DNA from: Nitrospirota bacterium
Lineage (GTDB): Bacteria; Nitrospirota; UBA9217
DNA: 64,000 nucleotides
Direction: 5' to 3'
NCBI GenBank assembly: GCA_963840455.1
Contig: CAWIYV010000007.1
Location: 320,001 to 384,000 of the forward strand
A model generated the notes under the pieces. That model searched no databases and was not told where the DNA came from. It worked only from the letters and a program-made list of their open reading frames with translations. The position numbers were made by a program, and so were the translations under genes. Of this stretch, positions 55,649 through 64,000 are shown piece after piece. How positions within the stretch are numbered: position 1 is the first letter of the stretch; each line of letters starts with the position of its first letter.

Positions 55649-56227
55649 ATGCCGTACACTGCAAAGGATTACAGCCCATTGGTCGGACTGAAGGGATTCA
55701 GTGAAACGCTGCTCAAGAACCACTTTACCCTGTATCAGGGATATGTAACGAACACCAACAAGGTCGCCGACACGCTGGCGCAGATGCTGAAGGAGGGAAA
55801 GACGGGGACACCCGAATTCGCAGAGCTGAAGCGCCGCTTCGGGTGGGAATTCAACGGCATGCGGCTCCATGAGCTCTACTTCGAGAACATGAAGGGGAGC
55901 GGCGGCATCGACAAGTCCGGAAAACTGGCCAAGAGGATGGAAATGCAGTTTGGCAGCATCGATGCGTGGGAAAAGGACTTCAAGGCCTGCGGCACGATGC
56001 GGGGGATCGGATGGGTGGTCCTTTACCATGACGAGGCCGGTCACCGGCTGTTCAATTCCTGGATCAATGAGCATGATGTGGCCCATCTTGCCGGATGTGC
56101 CCCAATCCTGATCATGGATGTCTTCGAACATGCATATTTTACCGACTATCAATTGAAACGTGCGGATTACATCGATGCATTCTTTGCGAATATCAACTGG
56201 CAGGCCGCAGAGTCCCGTATCAAGTGA
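55649..56227 (+). CDS. Fe/Mn superoxide dismutase family protein
   Basis: H..LYQGYV.N.N, LHELYF, G.GW, DVFEHAY..DY metal ligands. Confidence 0.9.
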   Translation: MPYTAKDYSPLVGLKGFSETLLKNHFTLYQGYVTNTNKVADTLAQMLKEGKTGTPEFAELKRRFGWEFNGMRLHELYFENMKGSGGIDKSGKLAKRMEMQFGSIDAWEKDFKACGTMRGIGWVVLYHDEAGHRLFNSWINEHDVAHLAGCAPILIMDVFEHAYFTDYQLKRADYIDAFFANINWQAAESRIK

Positions 56228-56757
56228 TGCAAAAGGGTCTGGTCATCGTTTTTACGGGAGACGGCAAGGGCAAGACCTCTGCGGCGCTCGGCACGGCGCT
56301 TCGTGCCTGCGGACACAACATGCATGTGTCCATGATCCAGTTCGTGAAAAGCCCGACGGACAGCGGGGAAGAGCGCGCCGCAGAACTGCTCAAACCGGGA
56401 TTCGAGATGATCACCACGGGCAGGGGGTTCGTGAACATTCCGGGGCATACGGTCCCCCTGCCGGACCACAAGAAAGCCGCAGAAGATGCCTTTGCCCTGG
56501 CCCAGCAACGGATATCGTCGGGTTACTGGGATATCGTCATCCTTGATGAGATCAATGTTGCCGTAGACCTCGGGCTTATCGACCGGGAAGAGCTTCTGGA
56601 GCACCTCAAGAACAAGCCGCAGAAACTGCATGTGATCCTTACGGGCAGAAATGCTCATCCCGACCTTATCGCCATGGCAGACATAGTCACGGAAATGCGT
56701 TCACTGAAGCATCCCTATGATGTCGGGGTTGCCGCACAGAAAGGAATCGACTTCTGA
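56227..56757 (+). CDS. cobO: Cob(I)yrinic acid a,c-diamide adenosyltransferase
   Basis: TGDGKGKTSAA.G..LRA.G, QF.K, ILDEIN, LTGR, HPYD.G..A..GIDF. Confidence 0.92.
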   Translation: MQKGLVIVFTGDGKGKTSAALGTALRACGHNMHVSMIQFVKSPTDSGEERAAELLKPGFEMITTGRGFVNIPGHTVPLPDHKKAAEDAFALAQQRISSGYWDIVILDEINVAVDLGLIDREELLEHLKNKPQKLHVILTGRNAHPDLIAMADIVTEMRSLKHPYDVGVAAQKGIDF

Positions 56758-56822
56758 CAAGTCAGTTGCAGCTGTTTGCCCGCGTTCTTCTCGCTGTTCA
56801 GCTAGGTATCCTCTTGATTACC

Positions 56823-56851
56823 TTGACAAAACTTGCAGGCTTAGGTATAGT
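56823..56851 (+). promoter_or_regulatory. Distal sigma70 promoter of the LPP20-like cluster
   Basis: TTGACA-17 bp-TATAGT. Confidence 0.55.
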
Positions 56852-56948
56852 TTCACGTCAGTTCTCTTATATCCTGTCTGGTCACACTACCGCGCCGCGT
56901 TCCCCGGTTAACGTAAGGTGATTAGTGTAAGGTGAATTGTACCTTGAC

Positions 56949-56977
56949 TTGCACTACTTTCTGTGAAATTCTATAAT
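56949..56977 (+). promoter_or_regulatory. Proximal sigma70 promoter of the LPP20-like cluster
   Basis: TTGCAC-17 bp-TATAAT. Confidence 0.55.
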
Positions 56978-57109
56978 ATATAAAAGAGCGTCGTTCAAGG
57001 GGGAGGTGAGCAATAGAGCTGTCTTGCTGATCGGCAGGACGTATTTTGCAGGTCCTGATCTTCGATAAATATATTTATATACTTTTGCTAATCCAGAAGG
57101 AGGTATACC

Positions 57110-57964
57110 ATGCGTGGTGGAAAGAACGTTTCATTCGTATTGCTGGCAGTGGTTATCATGATATTGTTGGGCAGCAACGCATTTGCTCAGCTCGTGGGCA
57201 CGGTAAAGGATGTGGAGACGTCGGTCGGATCGTCCGGCAAGATCGACTGGACGACCGGGGTGATCACCGCAGTAGGTATCGGGGCGCCTCCGGCACAACC
57301 GGCAAATGCGGCGCAGGCCCGTGCCATGGCAGAGCGCGCAGCACAGGTCGTTGCGTACCGGAACCTGCTTGAGGCGGTGAAGGGCGTCCGTATCGATTCG
57401 ACAACAACGGTGGAGAACTTCATGGTCACCAGCGATGTGGTCCGCACCCAGGTCAGCGGGTTTGTGCAGGGAGCAATGGTCATGGACAAGAAATATATGT
57501 CCGATGGATCAGTCGAGGTCACCGTGGGAATGAAGCTGACCGGCGCGCTCGCTGATTCGCTGCTCCCCAAGACTCCGACGGCGCCGCCAACGGGTATTGT
57601 TACGACTCCCGGCGTGACCGGCCAAGCATTTACCGGGCTTATCGTTGACGCCCGCGGGCTCGGCGTCAGGCCGGCCATGGCCCCCAAGATCCTGAACGAG
57701 GACGGCAAGGAGGTCTATGGTTCAGCATGGATCAACCGCGACTGGGCCGTCCGCGAAGGCATGGCTGGCTACCTGAAGGACCCGCTGCAGGCGCAGCAGA
57801 ACCCCCGTGTCACCGACAAGCCGCTCCTCGTAAAGGCCATCAAGGCCTCGGGCGATGCACGGGTCGATGTGGTGATCTCCAATGCTGATGCCGCCATGCT
57901 CCAGGGCGCTGCACAGAACCTGAGCTTCCTGGAGAAGTGCAAAGTGATCATCCTGGTTGATTAA
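57110..57964 (+). CDS. Exported LPP20-like domain protein (paralog 1)
   Basis: Sec signal ending AFA; A.RAA...AYRNLLE.V.GVR.DS.T.V, and a C-terminal TGL.VDARG...PAM.P.I domain; strong SD AAGGAGGT. Confidence 0.7.
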   Translation: MRGGKNVSFVLLAVVIMILLGSNAFAQLVGTVKDVETSVGSSGKIDWTTGVITAVGIGAPPAQPANAAQARAMAERAAQVVAYRNLLEAVKGVRIDSTTTVENFMVTSDVVRTQVSGFVQGAMVMDKKYMSDGSVEVTVGMKLTGALADSLLPKTPTAPPTGIVTTPGVTGQAFTGLIVDARGLGVRPAMAPKILNEDGKEVYGSAWINRDWAVREGMAGYLKDPLQAQQNPRVTDKPLLVKAIKASGDARVDVVISNADAAMLQGAAQNLSFLEKCKVIILVD

Positions 57965-58041
57965 CACTTACGCTACGGCGTTCTCTCTTGTTGTTGAAGG
58001 CTGTGGATGAGGACGGAAAAATACACGAACGGAGGTTCGGC

Positions 58042-59217
58042 ATGTTTACCAATATGAAGCGGCTCATGACACTGATGGTCGTTATCGCTGCCCTCGTTGC
58101 AGTCGGATGCGGCCCCAAGGCGGCGCCCTCGACGTCGGTAATGGATACGCCCGAATATCATTATAGTCAGGGTCTCAAGTATCTCGACAAGGAACAGATT
58201 GACGAAGCCATGAAATCGTTCGACCGCGCCGTTGCGCTCGACCCCAAATCGCCGCTTGGCTACATTGGAAAGGGCCTTGCCTTTGGCAAGAAGGGCGATT
58301 TCAAGCTGGCCTACGAGAATATGGAGAAAGGGAAGAGCCATGAGGCAAAGGGCATCGAGGCCAGGATCGGCATGATCCGTCTCTACAGCCTGCAAATGGT
58401 GAAGGAACAGGCCAAAGTAAAAAGCCTGATCAAGGACGCTGAGAGCGAATTTAAAACCGCCAATGAAAAGGATCCGAACAACGCCAGGCTTCACTTTTAC
58501 ATGGGCATGGCCTACAAAGTGGCCCTTGACTTCGACAAGGCGGCGCCTATGTTCCGTACCGTCCTGGACCTGAACAAGGACTTTACCGGTGAAGCAAACG
58601 CCGAATGGGCCTTGATCCAGAAGATCCAGCGTGCAGCGCCGGGTACCGAGATCGGCAAGAAGATCGCGCTCATAGACAAGATCGACCGGGCCGATGTCGC
58701 CGCGCTCTTCGATCAGGAAATGAACCTGGAGAAGCTCTTTACCAAGCGCGGGACCAAGACCTACGACACGACGTTCAAAGCACCCACGGAGTCGTCAACG
58801 CAGTTCTCCCCCGATAAGACGGTGAAGATGGAGGCTGCGACCGACATCAATGACAGCTGGCTCAAGCCGAGCATTGAGACGATCCTGAAGCTCCAGGTCC
58901 GCGGTCTCGAGGCGGGCCCGAACCACACCTTCGAACCGAACAAGCGCATTACCAAAGGCGAGTTCGCCGTGATGCTCGAGGACATCCTGATCAAGGTGTC
59001 TGGCGATGAGAAGCTTGCCACGAAGTTCCTCGGCGCAACCTCGCCGTTCCCCGATGTCCGGAACGACCAGTACTTCTTCAGCGCGGTCATGACCGTGACC
59101 TCGCGGAACTTCCTCGAGGCTGACAAGGCTACGGGCGAGTTCAAGCCCGGCGATCCCGTTTCCGGCGCTGATGCCCTGCTTTCTATCCGTGAGTTCAAGA
59201 ACCAGCTGAAATTCTGA
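58042..59217 (+). CDS. Lipoprotein with TPR repeats and C-terminal SLH-like domains
   Basis: Lipobox AVGC; TPRs; SLH-like motifs TDI.DSW, FEPNKRITKGEFA, FPDV, F.P.DPVSG.DA. Confidence 0.78.
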   Translation: MFTNMKRLMTLMVVIAALVAVGCGPKAAPSTSVMDTPEYHYSQGLKYLDKEQIDEAMKSFDRAVALDPKSPLGYIGKGLAFGKKGDFKLAYENMEKGKSHEAKGIEARIGMIRLYSLQMVKEQAKVKSLIKDAESEFKTANEKDPNNARLHFYMGMAYKVALDFDKAAPMFRTVLDLNKDFTGEANAEWALIQKIQRAAPGTEIGKKIALIDKIDRADVAALFDQEMNLEKLFTKRGTKTYDTTFKAPTESSTQFSPDKTVKMEAATDINDSWLKPSIETILKLQVRGLEAGPNHTFEPNKRITKGEFAVMLEDILIKVSGDEKLATKFLGATSPFPDVRNDQYFFSAVMTVTSRNFLEADKATGEFKPGDPVSGADALLSIREFKNQLKF

Positions 59218-59230
59218 TCCCGAGCGACAG

Positions 59231-59262
59231 GGCCCGCCCTCGAACCGGGGCGGGCCTTTTTT
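59231..59262 (+). terminator. Intrinsic terminator after the TPR-SLH gene
   Basis: GGCCCGCCC/GGGCGGGCC stem followed by T6. Confidence 0.8.
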
Positions 59263-59266
59263 CCCC

Positions 59267-60649
59267 ATGCAGAACAAATACTATTCCCTATTGATCGTCA
59301 TGCTCGTCATGATGTCCGCAACGGGTTCTCATGCCAGCCTCAAGGTACTGGATGGCGAGCATACGGTCACCTATGATATCGTCAACCCGCGAGGGGTCGC
59401 ATTCATCCCTGATTATTCGAACGAATCCTTTACGCAGAAAGTGCTCAGCCAGGACGAATTCAGCAAGCGGGTCCAGGTCACATCCCGGATGCATCCGATG
59501 AAGACCCGGGTTCCCTATCCGGTCCCGGCCGGTTCGATCCCCGGCGCGCTCCAGCAGTACCTGGTGCCTGAGCGCGATCGGCAATCGGGCGATCCGAACA
59601 TCAGCAGGCTCGCGCGTGAGCTTGCCCGGGGCAGCAGGTATGCCCATGAGGCCGCGAACAGCATTCTCTCCTGGATCGCAGATAACCTGGCCTTTGATAC
59701 GAGCATCACGGTACCGCCCGATGCGGTGTCTGCGCTGCAATACCGGAAGGCCTTTTGCGTCGGGTATTCCAATCTGGCGGTTGCCATGCTTCGTGCAGCA
59801 GGTATTCCGGCGCGGGTAGCGCATGGGTACCTGCCACCAGGCTACGAATGGGGCTTTACCAAGGACTACTGGGGCGTCAAGGTGAACGATGGAGGATTCC
59901 ATGCCTATCTGGAGATCTATTACCCGGACACGGGATGGGTGTTCACCGATGCCGAGCATTCCCATTTTTTTGTAGACCCCTTCCACATCATTCTCCGTCT
60001 CGACGGCATGGAAATGCCCGGCGTCTACAAGGGAGGATACCTGGAGGTCGACAAAGCGACCTTCTACACGATCTTCCATGAGGAGGACCGGACCTCCCCG
60101 GTCGATGAGCTACCGCTGCCGAAGCAGAATCGGCTTGGGCGCAGAATGGACGGCCGTCAGCATTCCGCACTGGTGTCCGGATCGGTGAGCGACAGGTCCG
60201 GCACTCCGGTCGGAAAAGGGACCGCGGTCCTCTGGAAGGACGGCCGCGGTTCTCAGCATCCTTTCAATGACGGCAGGTATGTCATCGCGGTGAACAATGC
60301 CGGGAAGTACCGCATCGATGTCAAAGGTCCGGGTTTTGCCAAGGCATCCCATGAACTCCAGATCGAAGAGGGCAAGGTCTATCGCAAGGACTTTACCCTT
60401 GCCCCTGGCGGTGTGATCAAGGGCAAGGTCGTCGATGTTGCGGGCAGGGCCCTGCAGGAGGGGGATGTATTTTACCGGGACGGCAACACCAGCTTCGGTG
60501 TTCCCCTCGACACTGACGGGACGTACCGGATCGAAGGTCTTGCTCCGGGCCAGTATAAAGTTACGGTTACCGCAGGGGAGAAGAGCTATTCTCAACAGGT
60601 GCAGGTAGAGGCCGGGAAAGAGAGCGTGCAGGATTTTATGGTCAAGTGA
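59267..60649 (+). CDS. Exported transglutaminase-like protein with two carboxypeptidase-regulatory-like beta domains
   Basis: Signal peptide; triad FCVGYSNL (Cys), HAYLEIY (His), W.FTD (Asp); LRAAGIPAR; C-terminal G.V.D..G...G.Y repeats. Confidence 0.82.
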   Translation: MQNKYYSLLIVMLVMMSATGSHASLKVLDGEHTVTYDIVNPRGVAFIPDYSNESFTQKVLSQDEFSKRVQVTSRMHPMKTRVPYPVPAGSIPGALQQYLVPERDRQSGDPNISRLARELARGSRYAHEAANSILSWIADNLAFDTSITVPPDAVSALQYRKAFCVGYSNLAVAMLRAAGIPARVAHGYLPPGYEWGFTKDYWGVKVNDGGFHAYLEIYYPDTGWVFTDAEHSHFFVDPFHIILRLDGMEMPGVYKGGYLEVDKATFYTIFHEEDRTSPVDELPLPKQNRLGRRMDGRQHSALVSGSVSDRSGTPVGKGTAVLWKDGRGSQHPFNDGRYVIAVNNAGKYRIDVKGPGFAKASHELQIEEGKVYRKDFTLAPGGVIKGKVVDVAGRALQEGDVFYRDGNTSFGVPLDTDGTYRIEGLAPGQYKVTVTAGEKSYSQQVQVEAGKESVQDFMVK

Positions 60650-60790
60650 GCAGATCCCTATCGTATGTAGTCTGCGATGCACCATGTCCATTGAATCCAG
60701 GAACGAGCAATGAGAATGACGAAGCTGCCATAAGGGTCGAAGATCCTCAACAGCTTGCTGCAGGGAGCTTCATTATGATCGGAGTGAAAC

Positions 60791-61861
60791 ATGCATAACC
60801 GTTTTGTATTCGTGTTCATGATTATATTCCTTATGATCCAAGCGGCGGCCTCTTCCGCTCAGCCCATGAACCCGTCTGATGCCGTGGAAACCGTTGGCCA
60901 GGGTATGATCAACTGGACGTCGGGCGAAGTGTATGCAACAGGGATCGGAGCTCCACCGCCGAACGCGGTGAACCCGGCGCAGGCACGGGCAATGGCTGAA
61001 CGGGCCGCACAGGTGATTGCCTACCGGAACCTTCTGGAGATCGTCAAGGGCGTCCGGGTGGACTCCGAGACGGTGGTCGAAAATTTCATGACCAAGAGCG
61101 ACGTCATCAGGACCAAAGTGGACGGCATCATAAAAGGGGCAATGCCAATCAAGAAACAGTACCTGTCGGACGGTTCTGTGGAAGTGACGGTGGTCATGCG
61201 TATGAAAGGTGAGTTCCTGAATGCCGTCGTACCAGAAACGTTCGGAAGCTCGATGCTCCCGACTCCATCAGTGAGACCTGCGCCGTCGGTCCCGCTTCCG
61301 GCGCCACCGAAGCAAGCTCCTGTGCCGCCGCCTGCTCCGGACAAGAGACCGGAACCTCCCCGCGTGGAGCCGACAAAACCGGCGCCGGTGCCGCCGCAGC
61401 TGGAGAAGAAGCCAGAACCGCCGAAAATGACGACTCAGCAGCCGCAATCTGAGAAAAAGGCCGAACCGCAGCAACAGCCGCCGGTCGTCACACCTGACCA
61501 GTCCACCACCCAGTTCAAGGGCGGGAAGGCCACGGGTCTAGTCATCGACGGAAGAGGCCTCGGCCTTAAGCCCGCACTCCTTCCGAAGATTGTCGACCCG
61601 CAGGGGCAGGAGATCTATGTTGGCCAGGTGGTTCCCAGGACCAATGCCGTCGAGCAGGGGGTGGCAGGGTATGCAAAGGACGTTAATGCGGCAGCGAATA
61701 ATTTCCGTGTGACCGACAACCCTGCCGTGATCCGGGGGCTCCGTGCATCCGGCGCCGCCCGTACCGATATTATGTTGAGCCAGACCGATGCTCAAATGCT
61801 TCGCGATCTGGGCAAGAAGGGCGATTTCCTGCAGTATTGCAGGGTCATAATCGTTTATTAG
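60791..61861 (+). CDS. Exported LPP20-like domain protein (paralog 2) with a long Pro/Gln/Lys-rich linker
   Basis: Shares NP/AAQARAMAERAAQV.AYRNLLE.VKGVR.DS and RVTD.P with 57110-57964; carries an insert of about 80 aa at about 61250-61500. Confidence 0.7.
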   Translation: MHNRFVFVFMIIFLMIQAAASSAQPMNPSDAVETVGQGMINWTSGEVYATGIGAPPPNAVNPAQARAMAERAAQVIAYRNLLEIVKGVRVDSETVVENFMTKSDVIRTKVDGIIKGAMPIKKQYLSDGSVEVTVVMRMKGEFLNAVVPETFGSSMLPTPSVRPAPSVPLPAPPKQAPVPPPAPDKRPEPPRVEPTKPAPVPPQLEKKPEPPKMTTQQPQSEKKAEPQQQPPVVTPDQSTTQFKGGKATGLVIDGRGLGLKPALLPKIVDPQGQEIYVGQVVPRTNAVEQGVAGYAKDVNAAANNFRVTDNPAVIRGLRASGAARTDIMLSQTDAQMLRDLGKKGDFLQYCRVIIVY

Positions 61862-61937
61862 AAGGTCCACGCGAATGCAGTCATTCTCTGCTGCCATTCG
61901 CTGAACAACTTCGTCAAGGGTACTCAGGAGGTTTTCG

Positions 61938-62699
61938 ATGAGAGCGTTCACAGGCAAAATGGCCCGCATCGTCATTGCAGCGGTTTTGATCGCTGGAATT
62001 TCCGTTTCGAGAGGTTCTGCGGATGATTCAGCAGCCGTGGTGACCAGGCTTGACGGCAGCGCCACGGTTTTCGCTAGGGGAGCGAAGATCGGGAAACCAT
62101 TGAAGAAGAACAATAAGATCACGAAAGGCCAGGAAGTGAAGGTCGGGGAGAGGTCCAGGCTCGAACTGAAATATCCCGATGGCACGGTCATGCGTTTTGC
62201 AGAACGATCTGTTATAAAAATGGACGACATCTCCTATGACAGTAAGACCCAGAACAAAAAGGTGAGGGTCGATCTCGGAGGCGGCAAGCTCTGGGCGAAT
62301 GTAAAGAAGCTCGCCACCTCCGACTCCCGGGTGGAGGTGAAGACCGTGAATGCCGTCGCGGGCGTACGGGGGACCGTCTACCGGGTCAATGTGGATGAGG
62401 ATAACAGCGCCATGGTCAAGGTCTATGACGGCTCTGTCAATGTGACCGGGGTGTCGAAGGAACAACCGAAGACGCCGGGGCAGGTTACCGCTCCGGTTCC
62501 AGTGCCCGGTCCGCATGAGGTCCCGCCGCCGTATCACGAGGTGTCCATGGAGGAGTGGACGGTGATCGTGAAAGCCATGCAGCAGATCTCCATTTCGCCG
62601 CAGGGGGTGGCTTCGGAGCCGCAGGATTTTACACCACAGCAGGACATGGATGACTGGGTAAAGTGGAACCAGGAGCGCGACAAACAGCTTGACCAATAG
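61938..62699 (+). CDS. Exported FecR-domain protein
   Basis: Signal peptide; SRLEL.YPDGT..R..E.S, L..GKLW..V.K, V.T..AVAGVRGT.Y.V, V..GSV.V. Confidence 0.8.
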   Translation: MRAFTGKMARIVIAAVLIAGISVSRGSADDSAAVVTRLDGSATVFARGAKIGKPLKKNNKITKGQEVKVGERSRLELKYPDGTVMRFAERSVIKMDDISYDSKTQNKKVRVDLGGGKLWANVKKLATSDSRVEVKTVNAVAGVRGTVYRVNVDEDNSAMVKVYDGSVNVTGVSKEQPKTPGQVTAPVPVPGPHEVPPPYHEVSMEEWTVIVKAMQQISISPQGVASEPQDFTPQQDMDDWVKWNQERDKQLDQ

Positions 62700-62729
62700 C
62701 GCTGAGCCCTGCGAAGAGGCATATCCTGC

Positions 62730-62765
62730 GCCGTTCCGGGTACGTACCGGAACGGCTTTTTATTT
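62730..62765 (+). terminator. Intrinsic terminator ending the five-gene cluster
   Basis: GCCGTTCCGG/CCGGAACGGC stem followed by TTTTTATTT. Confidence 0.8.
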
Positions 62766-62780
62766 ACCGGAAATATAATC

Positions 62781-62809
62781 TTGACACCTGCGCGGTGGCA
62801 TGGTATAAA
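62781..62809 (+). promoter_or_regulatory. sigma70 promoter of fur-feoB
   Basis: TTGACA-17 bp-TATAAA with an extended -10 TG. Confidence 0.7.
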
Positions 62810-62817
62810 TCGCCATA

Positions 62818-62838
62818 TTGAAAATGGTTATCATATTC
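62818..62838. promoter_or_regulatory. Fur box
   Basis: GAAAATGGTTATCATATTC matches 14 of 19 positions of GATAATGATAATCATTATC and lies just downstream of the -10 element. Confidence 0.7.
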
Positions 62839-62856
62839 AATGAACGGCAATGAACA

Positions 62857-63301
62857 ATGAAGAATAAGGCGACCGAACAGCTTTCCGACTATCTGGCAGG
62901 CCAAGGGCTCAAGTCTACCCGGCAGCGCGACAGGATTCTTGAGGTCTTCGTGTCTGCAAGACGCCATCTGAGCGCCGAGGAACTATATCTCCTGATCAAG
63001 AACGACCGACCAGGGGATCGGCTATGCCACGGTCTACCGGACGCTGAAGCTGCTTACTGAGGCCGGATTGGCCCATGAACGCCGATTCGAGGACGGGATC
63101 ACCCGCTTTGAATTCAACGCTGCCGAGGGACACCATGACCATCTGATCTGTATCCGTTGCGGCAGGATCATCGAATTCGAGAACGAGCAGATCGAGGCGC
63201 TCCAGCGGGGTGTGGCAAAAAAGAACAAGTTCCAGGTCCACAGCCATAAACTGGAACTTTACGGACATTGCGCAGGATGTCAGAAAAAAGGTACGGGGTA
63301 G
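62857..63301 (+). CDS. fur: Fur-family transcriptional regulator, apparent frameshift near 63003-63016
   Basis: T.QR..IL, HLSAEEL in one frame; GYATVYRTLKLL, HHDHLICIRCG, LYGHC..C in the next. Confidence 0.85.
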
Positions 63302-63361
63302 AAAGACCGCGGGACGTACGATACTGCCCTGCCGGACGTTGAAAGCGAGGAAGTACCAGGC

Positions 63362-64000
63362 ATGCATGACCATGGTTCCAAAGAAGGATCGAGCTATCGT
63401 GACTCGAGCCTGCGCAAGATACTCCTGATCGGGAACCCCAACGTGGGCAAGAGCGCGCTCTTCGGGCTTCTCACCGGAACTTACGTTACTGTTTCAAATT
63501 ACCCGGGCACCACGGTGGAGGTGACCTACGGCAATGCGGTCCTGAACAAGGCGCGCTCCCTGGTCATCGATACCCCCGGGGTGAACAGCCTGGTTCCCAT
63601 GTCCGAGGACGAGAAAGTAACCCGGGACATGCTCCTCTCCGACCGCTCTGATGTGGTCGTTCAGGTTGCCGATACAAAGAATCTGCGGAGAGGTCTTTTG
63701 ATCACGCTCCAGCTCGCTGAGATGGCGGTCCCGTTCATCCTCGATCTCAACATGGATGATGAAGCACGGAGCCGGGGCATCATCATTGACCAGGAGAAGC
63801 TCTCACAGCTTCTCGGCATCGAAGTGGTCAAGACCGTGGCCATACGGCGGAGCGGGATCGACAAGCTCCTGAAGGGCATTCAGCATCCCCGTCCGTCTCC
63901 CGTAGAAGTGCGGTACGACGATGCGATCGAGGGCGGAATACGAGACATCTCGGCACTGCTGCCGGAGGCGCCTATTGCGGGAAGGGCGATCGCGCTGATG
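63362..64000 (+). CDS. feoB: Ferrous iron transporter B (3' truncated by window edge)
   Basis: Frame open from ATG 63362: GNPNVGKS, SNYPGTTVE, DTPG, LNMDDE. It is absent from the ORF track because there is no stop in the window. Confidence 0.92.
   Translation, partial: MHDHGSKEGSSYRDSSLRKILLIGNPNVGKSALFGLLTGTYVTVSNYPGTTVEVTYGNAVLNKARSLVIDTPGVNSLVPMSEDEKVTRDMLLSDRSDVVVQVADTKNLRRGLLITLQLAEMAVPFILDLNMDDEARSRGIIIDQEKLSQLLGIEVVKTVAIRRSGIDKLLKGIQHPRPSPVEVRYDDAIEGGIRDISALLPEAPIAGRAIALM

Noticed and set aside
57240-61200. DNA similarity between the two LPP20-like genes as a recombination or antigen-switch cassette
   Set aside because: Both copies are intact full genes with divergence mainly at synonymous positions, consistent with an old paralogous duplication.

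Overview
Chromosomal window from a GC-rich diderm bacterium. Gene content and order suggest a Nitrospirota- or Desulfobacterota-like organism; this is an inference and was not checked by search. 1-15.8 kb: housekeeping envelope operon (rfbC/D/B, ugd, UDP-glucuronate decarboxylase, kdsB-pyrG-kdsA-kdsD-kdsC, lpxL, pgsA, plsY), then a DUF62 SAM hydrolase and miaB-mtaB. 15.8-16.07 kb: AT-rich intergenic gap with a cluster of DnaA-box-like 9-mers (oriC-like). 16.07-19.5 kb: futalosine menaquinone genes (amidohydrolase, mqnE, mqnC). 19.8-51.5 kb: visibly more AT-rich surface island resembling the Geobacter pilA-N/pilA-C/xap locus. It has a sigma54-type promoter, a split pilin, an ABC exporter, two TMTC-like GT-C/TPR proteins, a UbiA-family phosphoribosyltransferase, wzm/wzt, many glycosyl- and methyltransferases, and a repeat-flanked amino-sugar cassette. 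51.6-55.5 kb: PBP1A, a membrane HAMP-GGDEF protein with Ser at both guanine-reading positions (candidate non-c-di-GMP cyclase), and a TPR/coiled-coil lipoprotein. 55.6-56.8 kb: SOD and cobO. 57-62.8 kb: uncharacterised five-gene exported-protein cluster (two LPP20-like paralogs, TPR-SLH lipoprotein, transglutaminase-like enzyme, FecR-domain protein). 62.8-64 kb: Fur-box-controlled fur-feoB. Many single-base frameshifts, mostly in homopolymers, probably reflect long-read errors. No rRNA, tRNA, CRISPR array or transposase was recognised.
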